A stretch of 64,000 nt of DNA from Octopus vulgaris (Eukaryota), in the NCBI GenBank assembly GCA_951406725.2, contig OX597818.1:51894001-51958000 (forward strand). The letters run 5' to 3'. The position numbers were made by a program, and so were the translations under genes. The notes under the pieces were generated by a model. The model saw nothing but the letters and a program-made list of their open reading frames with translations. It was not told the DNA's origin and searched no databases. Below, one piece after another: positions 26,263 to 41,006 of the stretch. Each line of letters begins with the position of its first letter. Within the stretch, counting starts at the first letter, position 1.

Positions 26263-26330
26263 ATATATATATATATATATTATGCGCATACATGCGGAAG
26301 CACTTATGTATATTAACACACACATATACG

Positions 26331-26377
<47 letters not shown>

Positions 26378-26460
26378 TAACATATCCATCTAGTGTTGAT
26401 TGTCAGAATAAAAAGAACTCAATAACATAGTATAGATTAATAATATATTTCATGTTGAAT

Positions 26461-26840
26461 GTGGCGAGCTGGCAGAAGCGTTAGCACGCCGGGCGAAATA
26501 CTTAGCGGTATTTCGTCTGCCGCTACGTTCTGAGTTCAAATTCCGCCGAGGTCGACTTCGCCTTTCATCCTTTCGGGGTCGATTAATAGTACCAGTAATC
26601 GACTTAACCCGTTTGTCTGTCCTTGTTTGTCCCCTCTGTGTTTAGCCCCTTGTAGGCAATAAAGAAACAGGTAGTTCATCTGTCTTTACGTTCTGAGTTC
26701 AAATTCCGCCGAGGTCGACTTTGCTTTCATCCATTTCGGACTCGATAAATTAAGTACCAGTTGCGTACTGGGGTCGATCTAATCGACTGGCTCCCACCCC
26801 CAAAATCTCGGGCCTTGTGCCTAGAGTAGAAAAGAATATA
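26461..26840 (+). mobile_element. SINE family M dimer with two different tails
   Basis: Unit 1 ends AATAAAGAAA; unit 2 ends GGGCCTTGTGCCTAGAGTAGAAAAGAAT; ATATTTCATGTTG occurs on both flanks (TSD-like). Confidence 0.85.
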
Positions 26841-27794
26841 TTTCATGTTGGTTGAGATGTCATAACTTGCTTGAAGATCCTGTGTACTCACAAGTAAAAA
26901 TCAGAATAAGAAGAGACTGATTGGTTCCATATAACACACACACACACACACTCACACACACACACTCACACACACACACAATAATGCACACAGAAATAGA
27001 GGCATAAGATCCCATACATAAATACACACAAAGGTACACATACAGTAATACACACATAAACAGAAGCACACAGACAAATACATACACGCACTTGCACACA
27101 CACATGCACACACACTAAGAGGCACACACACACACAGAGGCACACCCCCACACATACGCACACACAAACACACACATAGAGGCACCCACACACAAATACA
27201 TGTACACAGGCATGCACATACAGAGGCACACACACCGAGGCACCCCCAAATACACACACAGGCATACACAAACATACACGCACACAGAGGCACACACAGG
27301 TACACACACAGGCACACACACACATACACACACACATATGTATGCATATATGGATATTATGTCAGGTCGCTCTCGAGCACTACTGGTAACATGTAACCCA
27401 TTACAACCTGTCGCATTGTCGGGTCATCGGTGACTAAACTGGTGACCCCACCAGGCTTGTTCGGTGAGGAGGGTGATTTATTGGATATCCTGCGGTACGA
27501 AACGAAAACCCGTCAAAGGGTGACCGGACTGAAGAGAGTGAACAGCCATCCAATAATGTGTGTGCTCCAGCATGGCCGCAGTCAAAAGACTGAAACAAGT
27601 AAAAGAACACACACACACATATGCACACATATTGTGGGCAGGTATGCGCCGGGACATAGAAATACTCGGTTGTTGTCGGAGGGCGCAGTAGGCTCAAGGA
27701 GAATGAGTAACCCCTGGTCTGGTCTTTGTTAAGGAACTCGTCTGGGGAAAAGTCTAAATCGTATATAAAACCTGCTGCTCTACTGAGCCGGACA

Positions 27795-28224
27795 TATTCT
27801 TTTCTACTCTGGGACACAAGGCCCGAAATTTTTGGGTAGAGTGCCAGTCGATTAGATCGACCCCAGTACGCTACTGGTACTTAATTTATCGACTCGAGAG
27901 GGAAGAAGGCAATGTCGACCTCGGCAGAATTTAAACTGAGAACGTAAAGACAGATAAAATACCTATTTCTTTACTACCCACAAGGGGCTAAACACAGAGA
28001 GGACAAACAAGGACAGACAAACGGATTAAGTCGATAATATCGACCCTAGTGCGTAACTGGTACTTATTTAATCGACCCCGAAAGGATGAAAGGCAAAGTC
28101 GACCTCGGCGGAATTTGAACTCAGAACGTAACAGCAGACGAAATACCGCTAAGTTACGGAGACATAAACACACCAGCATCGGTTATCAAGCGATTATGGG
28201 GGATAAACACAGACACACACACAT

Positions 28225-28306
<82 letters not shown>

Positions 28307-28470
28307 ACGACGGGCTTCTTTCAGTTTCCGTCTACCAAATCCGCTCACAAGGCTTTGGTCGGCCCGAGGCTATAGTAGAAGACACTTGCCCATGGTGCCA
28401 CGCAGTGGGACTGAACTCGGAACCATGTGGTTGGTAAGCAAGTTGCTTACCACACAGTCACTCCTGCGCC
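27795..28470 (-). mobile_element. Composite of SINE family A 5' part joined to a family M dimer
   Basis: The junction at the shared microhomology ACCGCTAAG (~28144-28152) links the two families. Confidence 0.75.
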
Positions 28471-28959
28471 TGATCTATCAAAAGCTAAGTTTATATTCTT
28501 ATTCTTATGTTGTGTATCATAACTAAGTCAAACTTATAACCTAATATGACTTCTACAGATGGCTGTAGAAGGTGCAGGCACAGCCCAAGAATCAGGTTAT
28601 ATTTTCTGCATTATTTGCAACGGTAAAGTAATGACCACTTGTTGCACGTTTTTAGAAGAGCATGTTTCACACATTTTAGAGTGAAATTGGATGATTAAGA
28701 CGAATCATAGACTGCGTCTACCAAATTTGTGCCAATAACCTGAAATGATTAATGACAAATGACTTTGTTGTACCAAAAATTTGAATAGAACCTATGAAGC
28801 ATATAAATGATTGCCACCTTTGTATTGTTAAGATTTCTGGACATAACCGCGAGATCTAATCGAAGATAAATTAACTTGCTTTTCGTCATATGACCCGGTT
28901 CTCATTGTACTGAAGTTGTTTCTCTTGTATTTAATAAGTCAGATGTTATCGAGGAACCT

Positions 28960-29348
28960 GGAGTGGAAGCACTCCGTCGGTTCCGACGACGAGGGTTCCG
29001 GTTGATCCGAATCAACGGAACAGCCTGCTCGTGAAATTAACGTGTAAGTGGCTGAGCACTCCACAGACACGTGTACCCTTAACGTAGTTCTCGGGGATAT
29101 TCAGCGTGACACAGAGCGTGACAAGGCCGACCCTTTGAAATACAGTTACAACAGAAACAGGAAGTAAGAGTGAGAGAAAGTTGTGGTGAAAGAGTACAGC
29201 AGGGTTCACCACCATCCCCTGCCGGAGCCTCGTGGAGCTTTAGGTGTTTTCGCTCAATAAACACTCACAACGCCCGGTCTGGGAATCGAAACTGCGATCC
29301 TATGACCGCGAGTCCGCTGCCCTAACCACTGGGCCATTGCGCCTCCAC
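28960..29348 (-). mobile_element. Full-length SINE family B with Nin/Deu-like 3' region
   Basis: tRNA-like head GGAGGCGCAATGGCCCAGTGG; 13-bp TSD TATCGAGGAACCT at 28947-28959 and 29349-29361. Confidence 0.9.
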
Positions 29349-30054
29349 TATCGAGGAACCTAAGTGTTGCACAAAGGAAAGGTGAATTAAGGATGAAACT
29401 TATATGCAATCTGCTGAAACAAGGGTATCTAAACTCTTCACCCAATCCAAATTAAAAGGTTCCATACGCGATATAGACCTTTTTAACACTTCGGCAGAAT
29501 AGTTTACCTTTGGGCCAAATCAAAATTACCAGGTAACTCCGGGAACAATATTTAGTTTTTATCGATTTAGAAAAAAGGATTTTTTTAAAGCTGTAGCCAT
29601 TAGAAGATAATACTGTCATGAGGTTAAGGTTTGTTAAATGCGATCAGAGGGAAATGAATATAAGCCTAATATGATAGCTAAATATAAATTGCTGATAGGG
29701 ACACCTTATTTTCTTTTGCAACTATAATATCCTAGCAAGTATATTAAAGATTTATAAATCAATGCTGTGCCCTACTTTGTGTCAGTAGTAAGTTGGCTTC
29801 ATTTCTGAAGTGTATCTCCAGAGATTTTCTATAGAATTTATAGCCAGCTCTGGAAGTTACGACTTTTTGTGTACGAAAACGTTTACGTATATGCAAGTGT
29901 ATGCGAACAGAGCTAGATTTTTCCTGAAATTAGTTAAATTACTAAACTATGTATACCATATTCTACATTTCATATGCGCTAACAGAATTGCTAAAACCTG
30001 AAAATTCGTTTCCCAAATAAATAAATAAATAAATAAATAAATAGCATTAAGCAT

Positions 30055-30440
30055 AGGCGCAGAGGTGGCTGTGTGGTAAGTAGCTTGCTTACCAACCACA
30101 TGGTTCCGGGTTCAGTCCCACTGCGTGGCACCTTGGGCAAGTGTCTTCTACTATAGCCTCGGGCCGAAAAAAATTTGTGAGTGGATTTGGTAGACAGAAA
30201 CTGAAAGAAGCCCGTCGTATATATGTATATATATGTGTGTGCGTTTGTGTGTCTGTGTTTGTCCCCCCCCCATTGCGTGACAACCGATGCTGGTGTGATT
30301 ACGTCCCCGTAACACTAGCGGTTCGGCAAAAGAGAACGATAGAATAAGTACTAGGCTTACAAAGAATAAATCCTAGGGTCGAATTGCACGACTAAAGGCG
30401 GTGCTCTAGCACTGAAACATGTAAAAGAGTAAAAGAGTAA
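30055..30440 (+). mobile_element. SINE family A, near full length
   Basis: Head through the (GTAAAAGA)n tail. Confidence 0.9.
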
Positions 30441-30837
30441 GCAAAAAAAAAAAAAAATCAAAACTGCACGTGAAGAACAAATTCTAAGGAGATTTGAGGT
30501 CAGCGGTCCCGCAAAAATAAATAAATAAATAAATGAATAAATAAATAAAAACAAATTATATTTCATGGAGACTGTACACGAGAAAAAGAAAAAAAAAAAA
30601 ACAAAACAGTGTATTTAATGATCTGGGTTGCACTGCAGCTAACAATAACACGGGATGGTCACGAGTGGAATGTCTTTGATCGTAGATGTTCTCGATCAAG
30701 GCTGACCAGAGACAAAACAACAACAAATACCCCCCCCCCCCCAAAAAAAAACCCACACGTGTATATTTATACACTAAAATAACATGCAGAACAATTAATG
30801 TCACTCAAGTGCCACCGCGATTCAATTGTCATCCATT

Positions 30838-30876
<39 letters not shown>

Positions 30877-31449
30877 TTGGGCCTTTCATTTATTCATTCA
30901 TTTAACCCCCTCACCATATTTCATCTGTCTTCTGGCAGAATCGGAGCTGATAATGCACCAACTCCGCCCTCCCTTCCTATGCACGCCAATTCGCTGTCAG
31001 GCCAATTTTGCTGTATCCTTTCAACTAATTCTTACAGACTCGATTGTCCCCCAATCATTCTCAGCAACCGTTTAAGAGATTCTCTTCATCAACTGCTCCC
31101 TTTTCTCTCCCTTTTCTCTCTTCTCCTTTCTGTTCCTCTTTCCTTTCCTCTTGCTGCCTTTCTCGTCCCCCCCTTCTCCCTCTCTCTTTCTCTCCCTCTC
31201 TCTGTGCTCTCTTTGCATCTTGGTCTTTCTGAATCACAGACACAGATTACATATGAACACACGCACACAGAGCTATCTATGGATAACGATACTGAAGTCT
31301 AGCTCTTTTGTCGTCACACGTCGTTTGTGTATGTATGTATAGTCCCACTGCATGGCGCCTTGAGCAAGTGTCTCTTACTATAGCCTCTGGCTGACCAAAA
31401 CCTTGTGAGTGGAATTGGTAGACGGAAACGGAAAGAATACCGTCGTATG

Positions 31450-31494
<45 letters not shown>

Positions 31495-31559
31495 GTTTAA
31501 ATATTTGTTGTGCAAGATTTTTTATTGGCTAAACTGGCAATATGACCATTCCGAAATAT

Positions 31560-31656
<97 letters not shown>

Positions 31657-31678
31657 CATACATATGTATGTATGTATG

Positions 31679-31728
<50 letters not shown>

Positions 31729-31732
31729 AAGT

Positions 31733-31980
31733 GGAGGCGCGTGGCTTAGTGGTTAAGGTGTCAGCATCATGATCGTAAGATTGTGGTTTCGATTCTTGGA
31801 CTGGGCGACGCGTTGTGTTCTTGAGCAAGACACTTCATTTCACGTTGCTCCAGTCCACTCAGCTGGCAAAAATGAGTAACACTGCGATGGACTGGCGTCC
31901 TGTCCGCCCGGGGAACACATACGCTTTTGAAACCGAGAAACCGGGCCCATGATCCTGGCTAGGCTTTAAAAGGGCGCATT
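31733..31980 (+). mobile_element. SINE family C (tRNA-like head, CORE-like box, V-like domain)
   Basis: GGAGGCGCGTGGCTTAGTGG; TTCTTGAGCAAGACACTT; GCGATGGACTGGCGTCC; same family as 59506-59760. Confidence 0.85.
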
Positions 31981-31990
31981 TATCTATCTA

Positions 31991-32021
<31 letters not shown>

Positions 32022-32023
<2 letters not shown>

Positions 32024-32272
32024 TCTTTACCTTGTTACCTCCCCTACTTTCCTTCTCCTGTCTGACCCCTCTGTCCGGCACTAGTCGTCATGATAGATCG
32101 TTAGCCACTACACACATTGTTTCTCTTCTTGTTTTTTCTGTGTCCCTTTCTGTAGAAGAGCGTAGGCTCGAAACATAAAATACTTTTTCTATTCCTGAGC
32201 GTTATACTAATACATCTGTTTGTTTTGTACACCACCTGTCTTCGTCTTTTGTTTTTTTCGTAAACTTGCCCT
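32022..32272 (+). mobile_element. Short (TA)n-embedded element with degenerate minimal hammerhead
   Basis: CTGTAGA-A-GAGC gtag GCTC-GAAAC-ATA at 32150-32177; shares TTCCTGAGCGT and overall layout with 60267-60468. Confidence 0.55.
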
Positions 32273-32303
32273 ATATATATATGTATGTATATATATATAT
32301 ATA

Positions 32304-32353
<50 letters not shown>

Positions 32354-33023
32354 TATATATATGCATGCGTGCGTGTGTGTTTGTGCCCCACTGCTTGACA
32401 GCCGGTGTTGGCTTTTTTACGTCTCCGTAAACTAGCGGTTCAGTAAAAGAAACCGATTGAATAAATAATAGGCTTAAAAAGAAAGTACTGAGATCGATTC
32501 GTTCGACCCAAAAGTCTTCAAGGAGGTAGCCCAGCATGCATGCAGTCTAATGACTGATACATATATATATGTATGTGTGTGTGTGTGTGTGTGTGTGGTT
32601 CGATATTGTTTATATCGCTCGAGCTGCTTTTAATTCACATCTGAAGTCTTTCCGTGGTATGAAACATTGGAACATACCAGCAGGTGGTTCTTACCCCATT
32701 TTGCATATAGTCATGGGACAGTGATTTAGCTTACATCGGGCCTCGTTTCAGGTACGTGGTATTGTCAAGTCACAAAAAGGACGAAACATCGATGTCTCTC
32801 GTTTCTGAATGGGGCCAGATGCGAGTTATCCCGCCTGTCTATGACTTCCAGCTATTTTAATGCCAGGCGAATTGATGGCAATAATACTGTTATTATTATT
32901 TACAGAGTTTTAAAAATCGGCACCGCTTAACAAAACCATTCGCAGTAAAAGCACATGATAGGTTGTTTACAAAAACAACTACGAACTAATTATAGTTCTT
33001 AAATTTGACACTAAAAGCATGTA

Positions 33024-33114
33024 GGTTCGCTAGTGTAACCGGTAGCGCACTCAGTCACGTAAACAGAGAGGTGTGGGTTCGAGTCCCATGTGTAAGGGGA
33101 AACGTACTTTTTTT
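33024..33114 (+). other. tRNA-like Pol III promoter unit (A box, B box, oligo-T)
   Basis: TAGTGTAACCGG (A-box-like); GTGGG-TTCGAGT-CCCAT T-arm hairpin; T7 at 33108-33114. No convincing acceptor stem. Confidence 0.5.
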
Positions 33115-33811
33115 CTGTCGAGGGCTTATATGCCCCATTATTAGACTATTTTCTTTAGTCATTGCGCAGTGATCGCTTTAAGCTTAGAAAAGTGTGTGTT
33201 CATATATGTGTTTGTCTCCTCCATCGCTTGACAACTGGCGGTCGTTTGTTTACGTTCCATCGGCAAAACAGACCGCTAAAATAAGTACCAAACTTTATAA
33301 AGTATACTACGTACTAGTGGTCGATTTGCTTGACTAAAGGTATTAAAAGTCCAATAACTGAAACAAGTAAAAAGTGAACTAAACAAAAATGCAATAAAAA
33401 AAATCACTACTGTAGGAAGGGTAAATCCAACTTATAAATTTCCCATACAACCTTTCGAATCCGACAATCCAACAAGGACAACATCAATGAGAAAGCTTCG
33501 TAGAGAAAACTTCACAGGATCTGGTAAAAAATAATAACCAAATCTCGCTCAGTTCTCGTTCTATTGTTTTAATAATTAAAAACGAAGGGCTTATTGGATA
33601 GTAATGTAGTTTTGGGATTAGATTGTGTATAAGGTGAAGGAAAATAATGAAAAGGGAAAAGACATGGTGGTGTCTCGGGTAAGACTTTGGTCATGAAACT
33701 TCTCGATGAGGGCTTACCTGGAGTCGAAGAGCAACCCACCACCACCACCACCACCACCACCACCACCACTGCCGCGCTGCCACCGCCAACAGCAGAAGCA
33801 GCAGCAGCAGT

Positions 33812-34138
33812 GGAGGCGCAATGGCCCAGTGGTTAGGGCAGCGAACTCGCGGTCGGAGGATCGCGGTTTCGATTCCCAGACCGGGCGTTGTGTGTGTTTA
33901 TTGAGTGAAAACACCTAAAGTTCCAAGAGGCTCCGGCAGGGCGTGGTGGCGACCCCTGTTGTACTCTTTCGCCCCAACTTTCTCTCACTCTTTCTTCCTG
34001 TTTCTTGTCCCCGACTTCCTACGCAACCGCTGAGCCTGGATGCGCATTCATCCATCCGTCGATGCTCTCGGTGCCGGGGGTTGACCTGTTTTCTCTTCTG
34101 CGGGTCTTACGAATAGCAAAGGACCACGTTTCGGACCG
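33812..34138 (+). mobile_element. SINE family B with a third type of 3' tail
   Basis: Head and body as at 28960-29348 up to TTCCTGTTTC, then an unrelated tail. Confidence 0.8.
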
Positions 34139-34468
34139 CTCAATAGCAACAGCAACAGCACCACCACCACCACCACCACTACCATCAACAATAACAAAAG
34201 CAACAACATAGCCAAAGGAAAGTTTTATAGATTCATCAATAAGGGTGGAAAAGCTGCTGTAAGAACTAGGTAAGTGGTAGTCGGGGTAAGAAAGGAGGAG
34301 AGAAGAAGAAGAAGAAGAAGAAGAAGAAGAAGAAGAAGAAGAAGAAGAAGAAGAAGAAGAAGATGATGATGATGATGATGATGATGATGACGACGATGAT
34401 GATGATGATGATGATGACGATGATGATGTTGATGATGATGAGAGTTGCACAAACCTGCACATACTTAC

Positions 34469-34639
34469 ACATCTTCGTTCTACTACCAATAGTAATAACG
34501 ACATCAACACACAATAGATAGGACTTCACGACGACCACCAGCACCACCAAGAACACCATCACTACCAGAATGTGTCCCAGAATCCTCTGCAATGTTGCCA
34601 AAGACACCGTTTTGCAATAAACTTATTGATACTGATGCC
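34469..34639 (-). other. Candidate exon (171 nt), probably 5' UTR or start exon
   Basis: Minus-strand TTTTCTCAG acceptor and AAGATGT|GTAAGT donor around non-repetitive sequence; stops in all three frames. Confidence 0.35.
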
Positions 34640-34858
34640 CTGAGAAAATCCATCAAGATCATTGTGCACCATTTTTGCATACGCATACACATTGTCAGTC
34701 TGTCTGCCTATCTGTGTGTTTGTCATTCTCTGTGTGTGTGTATAAATATATATATATTTGCGATGGACTGGCAGGAAACACATACGCCATAGAAACCGGG
34801 GAACCGGGCCCATGAGCCTGGCAAGTCTTGAAAAGGGCGCATAAATAAAAAAAATAAT

Positions 34859-34944
<86 letters not shown>

Positions 34945-35055
34945 CACGCTTGAACATATAAGCATTCTATATATGTATATGTAAATATGTATATTTAGAT
35001 GTATTTTATATAAATATACATTTGTATAATTATGTAGCTTTACAAATTATCACTA

Positions 35056-35120
<65 letters not shown>

Positions 35121-35123
35121 CTT

Positions 35124-35164
<41 letters not shown>

Positions 35165-36913
35165 GATTCATGTGTGTGTATATACGCACGCACACACAGA
35201 TTATCCATGAATACACATTCATTGCATACACACACACACGCGCACGCGAATATACAATGCACCTGTAGACATGCACACGCATACACACATAAATATATGC
35301 GAAAACAAAGTATGCACACATATGCACACACACAATAAGAGTTCCACGCATCTTTCCAGACTCCCCCCCCCACACACACACACAAATAAACAATTACACA
35401 GTATGCACACTCAAATTAGAGCAGAAACTCACATTAACGCACACACAGGAAAGAATAAACGAGATTCTATCCTTCTTTTCATTCCTCTCCTTCTCTCCTT
35501 CTCTCCTTCCTCTCTCACGCCACATCACAACACACGCGTGCGCTTACACTAGCACACACACACACACATAGAAACAAGCACGCAAGCAGACACAGACAAC
35601 GCACATACACAGTCTCATGCAGGGCCGCCGCCGCCGATTCCTTCCCAGTCCGATGAAGGTTAATTAATTATTATACAAGATCCATCTCCTACGTGAAAGA
35701 AGCCCAACACCTCCATCAACACCAATCACCTCCTCCCCGTCTCAAGATTCTGCTACCGTCTTCTTCTTCTTCTTCTTCTCCTTCTTCTTCATCGATGCCA
35801 TTCCACCAACGGCATATTGTTCTTCGACTCCACTCACACTTCCGTACACTACTACATACAATTAGATAGAGCAGCTGCTGTAACACACACAAATGTACAT
35901 CACAAAACGTTAAGTTAACATTACAGTAGAGACGAAATCATCGTATGGTACATTTCATTACATTACACGTTACTAGATTCCACTACATCGCACTAAACTA
36001 ATACATACTATACAGCTTTATACTACACAACATTCAGATTCCATACTACATGAAACTATTCTTCAACAATCCGACTACTCGACATAACCGTACTATAATA
36101 TCATTCCTTGATTTTGCATATACAATACTATACTATGCTATATCGTAATTCACGTAACACAAGACCCTACTATGCCGACTGCTGACACAATGTAAGTTAC
36201 AAATAAGAAAATACAACACCATATTTTTTTTTTTTAAAGGAAAATATTTCTTTTTTTTGTGCTTTTTTTCTTCTTCGTACAGTTTCAATGGAAAATACAT
36301 AATATTTGAAGCAGAATGAAAACGATAAATAACGAAGTGATGGAGATGAATAAATGACATGTATAGTAGGAAAGAACAATTACAAAAAGAAAAAAAAAAG
36401 AATTCGTGTCAATGAAGGAAAAGGTAATATAAACATCTACCAAAACCAAAACCACCACCACCACCACCATTAAAAAAAACCCCATCGTATAACAACAATA
36501 ACAACAAGAGAAACAACAAGGCGAGCACACACCGACAATTAAGACAAGATCTGAAATAGGTAACATTTCAAGAGAGGCTTTCCGACCTCGGGTTCTACGT
36601 TTTTTTATTCCAAAACTATACGGAGGGCCATGGCAAGTGAATTAACAAAATTACAAACTGAACCGCGTTCGCCACATGAAGACAAAGATATTTTCAACGG
36701 TGGGTCAATATTTCTCTGTCTTTTTCAATTAAAAAAATTTATTTTTTATTTATAATTTCTTTGTAATTGTTTCTCTATTTGTGAATGCATTTGAATTTTT
36801 AATTTGCAGAATGTTATGCTCTCCAAAGGATACTAAGTTGAAATAGGGTATCGCGAATTATTGGTTAGGGTGTAACAAGGCATAAAGCATGTATAAATAT
36901 TTCTCTGAACCTT

Positions 36914-37032
<119 letters not shown>

Positions 37033-37129
37033 TTTTATATATATATGCACTTACATCAATGCATCTTCCTTTCTCTCACTCTCTCTGTCTCTCTCTCTCT
37101 TTCCCTTTCTTTCTATGTATCCATTTAGC

Positions 37130-37173
<44 letters not shown>

Positions 37174-37174
37174 C

Positions 37175-37207
<33 letters not shown>

Positions 37208-37425
37208 CATACATATATATATATTTATATATATATTTATATATATGTACTCATTCTAAAAGAATAAAAGTATATGGGTGTGTATGTGTGTGTGTGTATG
37301 TGTGTGTGTATGTGTGTGTGTGCGTGAGAGAGAGAGAATATACATGGATATGTGTATGTGTAAAAGAATTCTCAAATAGTTAATTATATTATTTATGGGC
37401 GTGAGTGAATGTGTGTGCATCAATC

Positions 37426-37514
<89 letters not shown>

Positions 37515-37769
37515 CCTATTTATCTATCAATATGTATGTATGTATGCATGCATGTATGAATTTATGTATGTAAGTCTCTAAAAGTGTATATGAGAGTATG
37601 TGCATATTTGTGTACATATACATGGGTATATTTCTATACACGCATATACATGCATATACATATACACATATACATGGGTGTATTTATATACACGCATATA
37701 TACAAAAATGTATGTAAACGTATATACATATGCAAAAATATTAATATATATATATATATATGTATAGAT

Positions 37770-37809
<40 letters not shown>

Positions 37810-38126
37810 TGAATATATACAAATATATATTTTAAATATATATATATAAATATATATACACAAATATATACATATATACATATGTGTATATATATATATA
37901 TGTATATATATATACACACACAGACGCCCACATATTTACATGAGTACATGTGTGCACATGTTTTCATATATGTAAATACATATTTATATTTATACAAACG
38001 TGTATGAATGTGTATGTGTGTGTGTGACTGTGTGTATATATATATATATAGATATAGATATATATATATCTTTAAATCCTTAAATTATTTCAGCTTTAAA
38101 GCTGTAGTCATGCTGGGGCATCACCG

Positions 38127-38184
<58 letters not shown>

Positions 38185-38866
38185 AGTTCATATATATATA
38201 TTTATATGTATATTATACATATATATACATACATATGTATATACATACATACAAACATACATCCAAAGATACATACATACATGTGTGTGTGTATTCATGG
38301 ATTGGTAGTATGGCTGCTTGTCACGTGATACATAGGGAAGTATACACTGCCAGGGGTTTCAAAATTTTTTGATGGACGTGCACGAGCGTGCATATAGCCT
38401 CTGGGGTGGAGCAACTAAAAACGAACGCTGGTGTACCCACACACTCGCATGAAATGTATACCTATTCTATTTGCATATATACAGTATATACATGCGCACA
38501 TGTATACGATATATATATTTCTATATGGATGGGTGTTCGAGATGAATGTACATATATGTATGATGCATGTATGTAGTATATCTATCTATTCCTCACTTTA
38601 TCGTTATAAATATATACATACATGCATATATATATGTGTTTGTGTGTGTGTATGTATGTATGTATTATGTATGTATGGATACATAACGATAGAGGGTGCA
38701 TAAGTGCGAAACACACACACACATAGATTTCACACTTATGCAGTTTAAGTATCGTCAGCTTGTGAAATTTGAAACCACAGACGGCCACAATATTTATTTA
38801 ATATCATTCACCTACCGGTTTTAACTCCCCTCAACAAGAAAATGTGATTTGCCACTAAGCCAATTT

Positions 38867-38919
<53 letters not shown>

Positions 38920-39251
38920 CTATTTATCTATCTATGTGTCTCAAAGTTTATAAGCATATGTACGTCTTTGTGTATGTGTGTTTGTACATATATATGTATG
39001 TATATATATATATACATATGTATAAATATATATGTATATATATATATATGTGTGTATATATATGTAAATATATGTATATATGTATGTATGCATATGTATA
39101 TATATATATTTATATATATATATATATGAATGTATATGTATATATGTGTATATATATATAAATATATGTATATATGTATGTATATGTATATATATGTATA
39201 TATGTATATATTTATATATATATATGTATATATATATATATACATACATAT

Positions 39252-39283
<32 letters not shown>

Positions 39284-39365
39284 AATTATATATACATATA
39301 TATATGTGTATGTATGTATATAGAGTGTAAATATATGTGCATATAGATATGTAGACATATATTTG

Positions 39366-39400
<35 letters not shown>

Positions 39401-39601
39401 TTATATGTGTGTGTGTATATATATGTCTATATATGTGTATATATGTATGTATATATACATTTATATATATATGTATATATATGTATATATAATTGTTTAT
39501 ATATATATATAGGTATATATAAGTATGCATATATATATTTGTATGTATATGTATATATATATATGTGTGTGTGTATATATATGTATGTATATACGTATGT
39601 A

Positions 39602-39651
<50 letters not shown>

Positions 39652-39865
39652 TTATTTGCTTTAGTTACTGGGCTGCCCCATGCAAGGCAACCGTATTAAG
39701 GGGTTGAGTTGAAAAAATCGATCTCCAAGACTTATTCTTTTTAGATATGGTATTTATTCTTTCGGTCAGTTTGACTAAGTAGGAAAGTTATCTGGACGGA
39801 GACAAACGGTCACCGGTTGTCAAACGTGATGGGGCAGAAAAACAATACAAACAAACACGCATAAG

Positions 39866-39934
<69 letters not shown>

Positions 39935-40119
39935 ACATACATATATACATACATACATAAACACACACACACTACGGCTTTTCTGTTTTTTTAGTTTCCG
40001 CCTATAAGTCCACCCAAAGAAAATTACTCGGCCTGGGGCTATAATAGAAAGATATTGCTCAATGTGTGAATAGTGGACCTGAATCCATATGAGTGTGTTT
40101 GTGTTTGTGTGTATATATA

Positions 40120-40520
40120 GGCGTGACTGGTAAGAAGCTTGCTTCGCTAGCACATGGTCCCGGGTTCAGTCCTACTGCGTGGCACCTTGAGCAAGTATCT
40201 TCTATTACAGCATCGGGCCGACCAAAGCCTTGTGAGTGGATTTGGTCGACGGAAACTGAAAGAAGCCTGTCGTATATATGTATATATATGTGTGTGTGTT
40301 TATATTTGTGTGTCCGTGTTTGTCATCCCGCCATCGCTCGACAATCGATGCTGGTGTGTTTATGTCCCCGTAACTTAACGGTATGGCAAAAGAGGCCGAT
40401 AAAATAAGTACTAGGCTTACAAAGAATAAGTCCTGGGGCGATTTGTTCGACTAGTATCCTTTAAGGAGATGCCCCAGTATGGCCGCAGTCAAATGACAGA
40501 GACAAGTAAAAGCGTAAAAG
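40120..40520 (+). mobile_element. SINE family A
   Basis: Head-to-tail similarity to other copies. Confidence 0.85.
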
Positions 40521-40547
40521 ATAAATATATACATATATGTATATATG

Positions 40548-40660
<113 letters not shown>

Positions 40661-40746
40661 GTATATATATATATATATGATCTTTGGTTCAGACCTTATG
40701 GCCCGTCACCTTAGGTGATTGTCTTTTAATATATCACTAGCTATAT

Positions 40747-40796
<50 letters not shown>

Positions 40797-40797
40797 G

Positions 40798-41006
<209 letters not shown>

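Noticed and set aside
33812-33885. Functional tRNA genes at SINE heads
   Set aside because: They continue into multi-copy SINE bodies and have imperfect cloverleaves.
38725-38770. Minus-strand CTGACGA-TACTTA..TAAGTG-TGAAA
   Set aside because: Core and helix II are plausible, but helices I and III could not be built.
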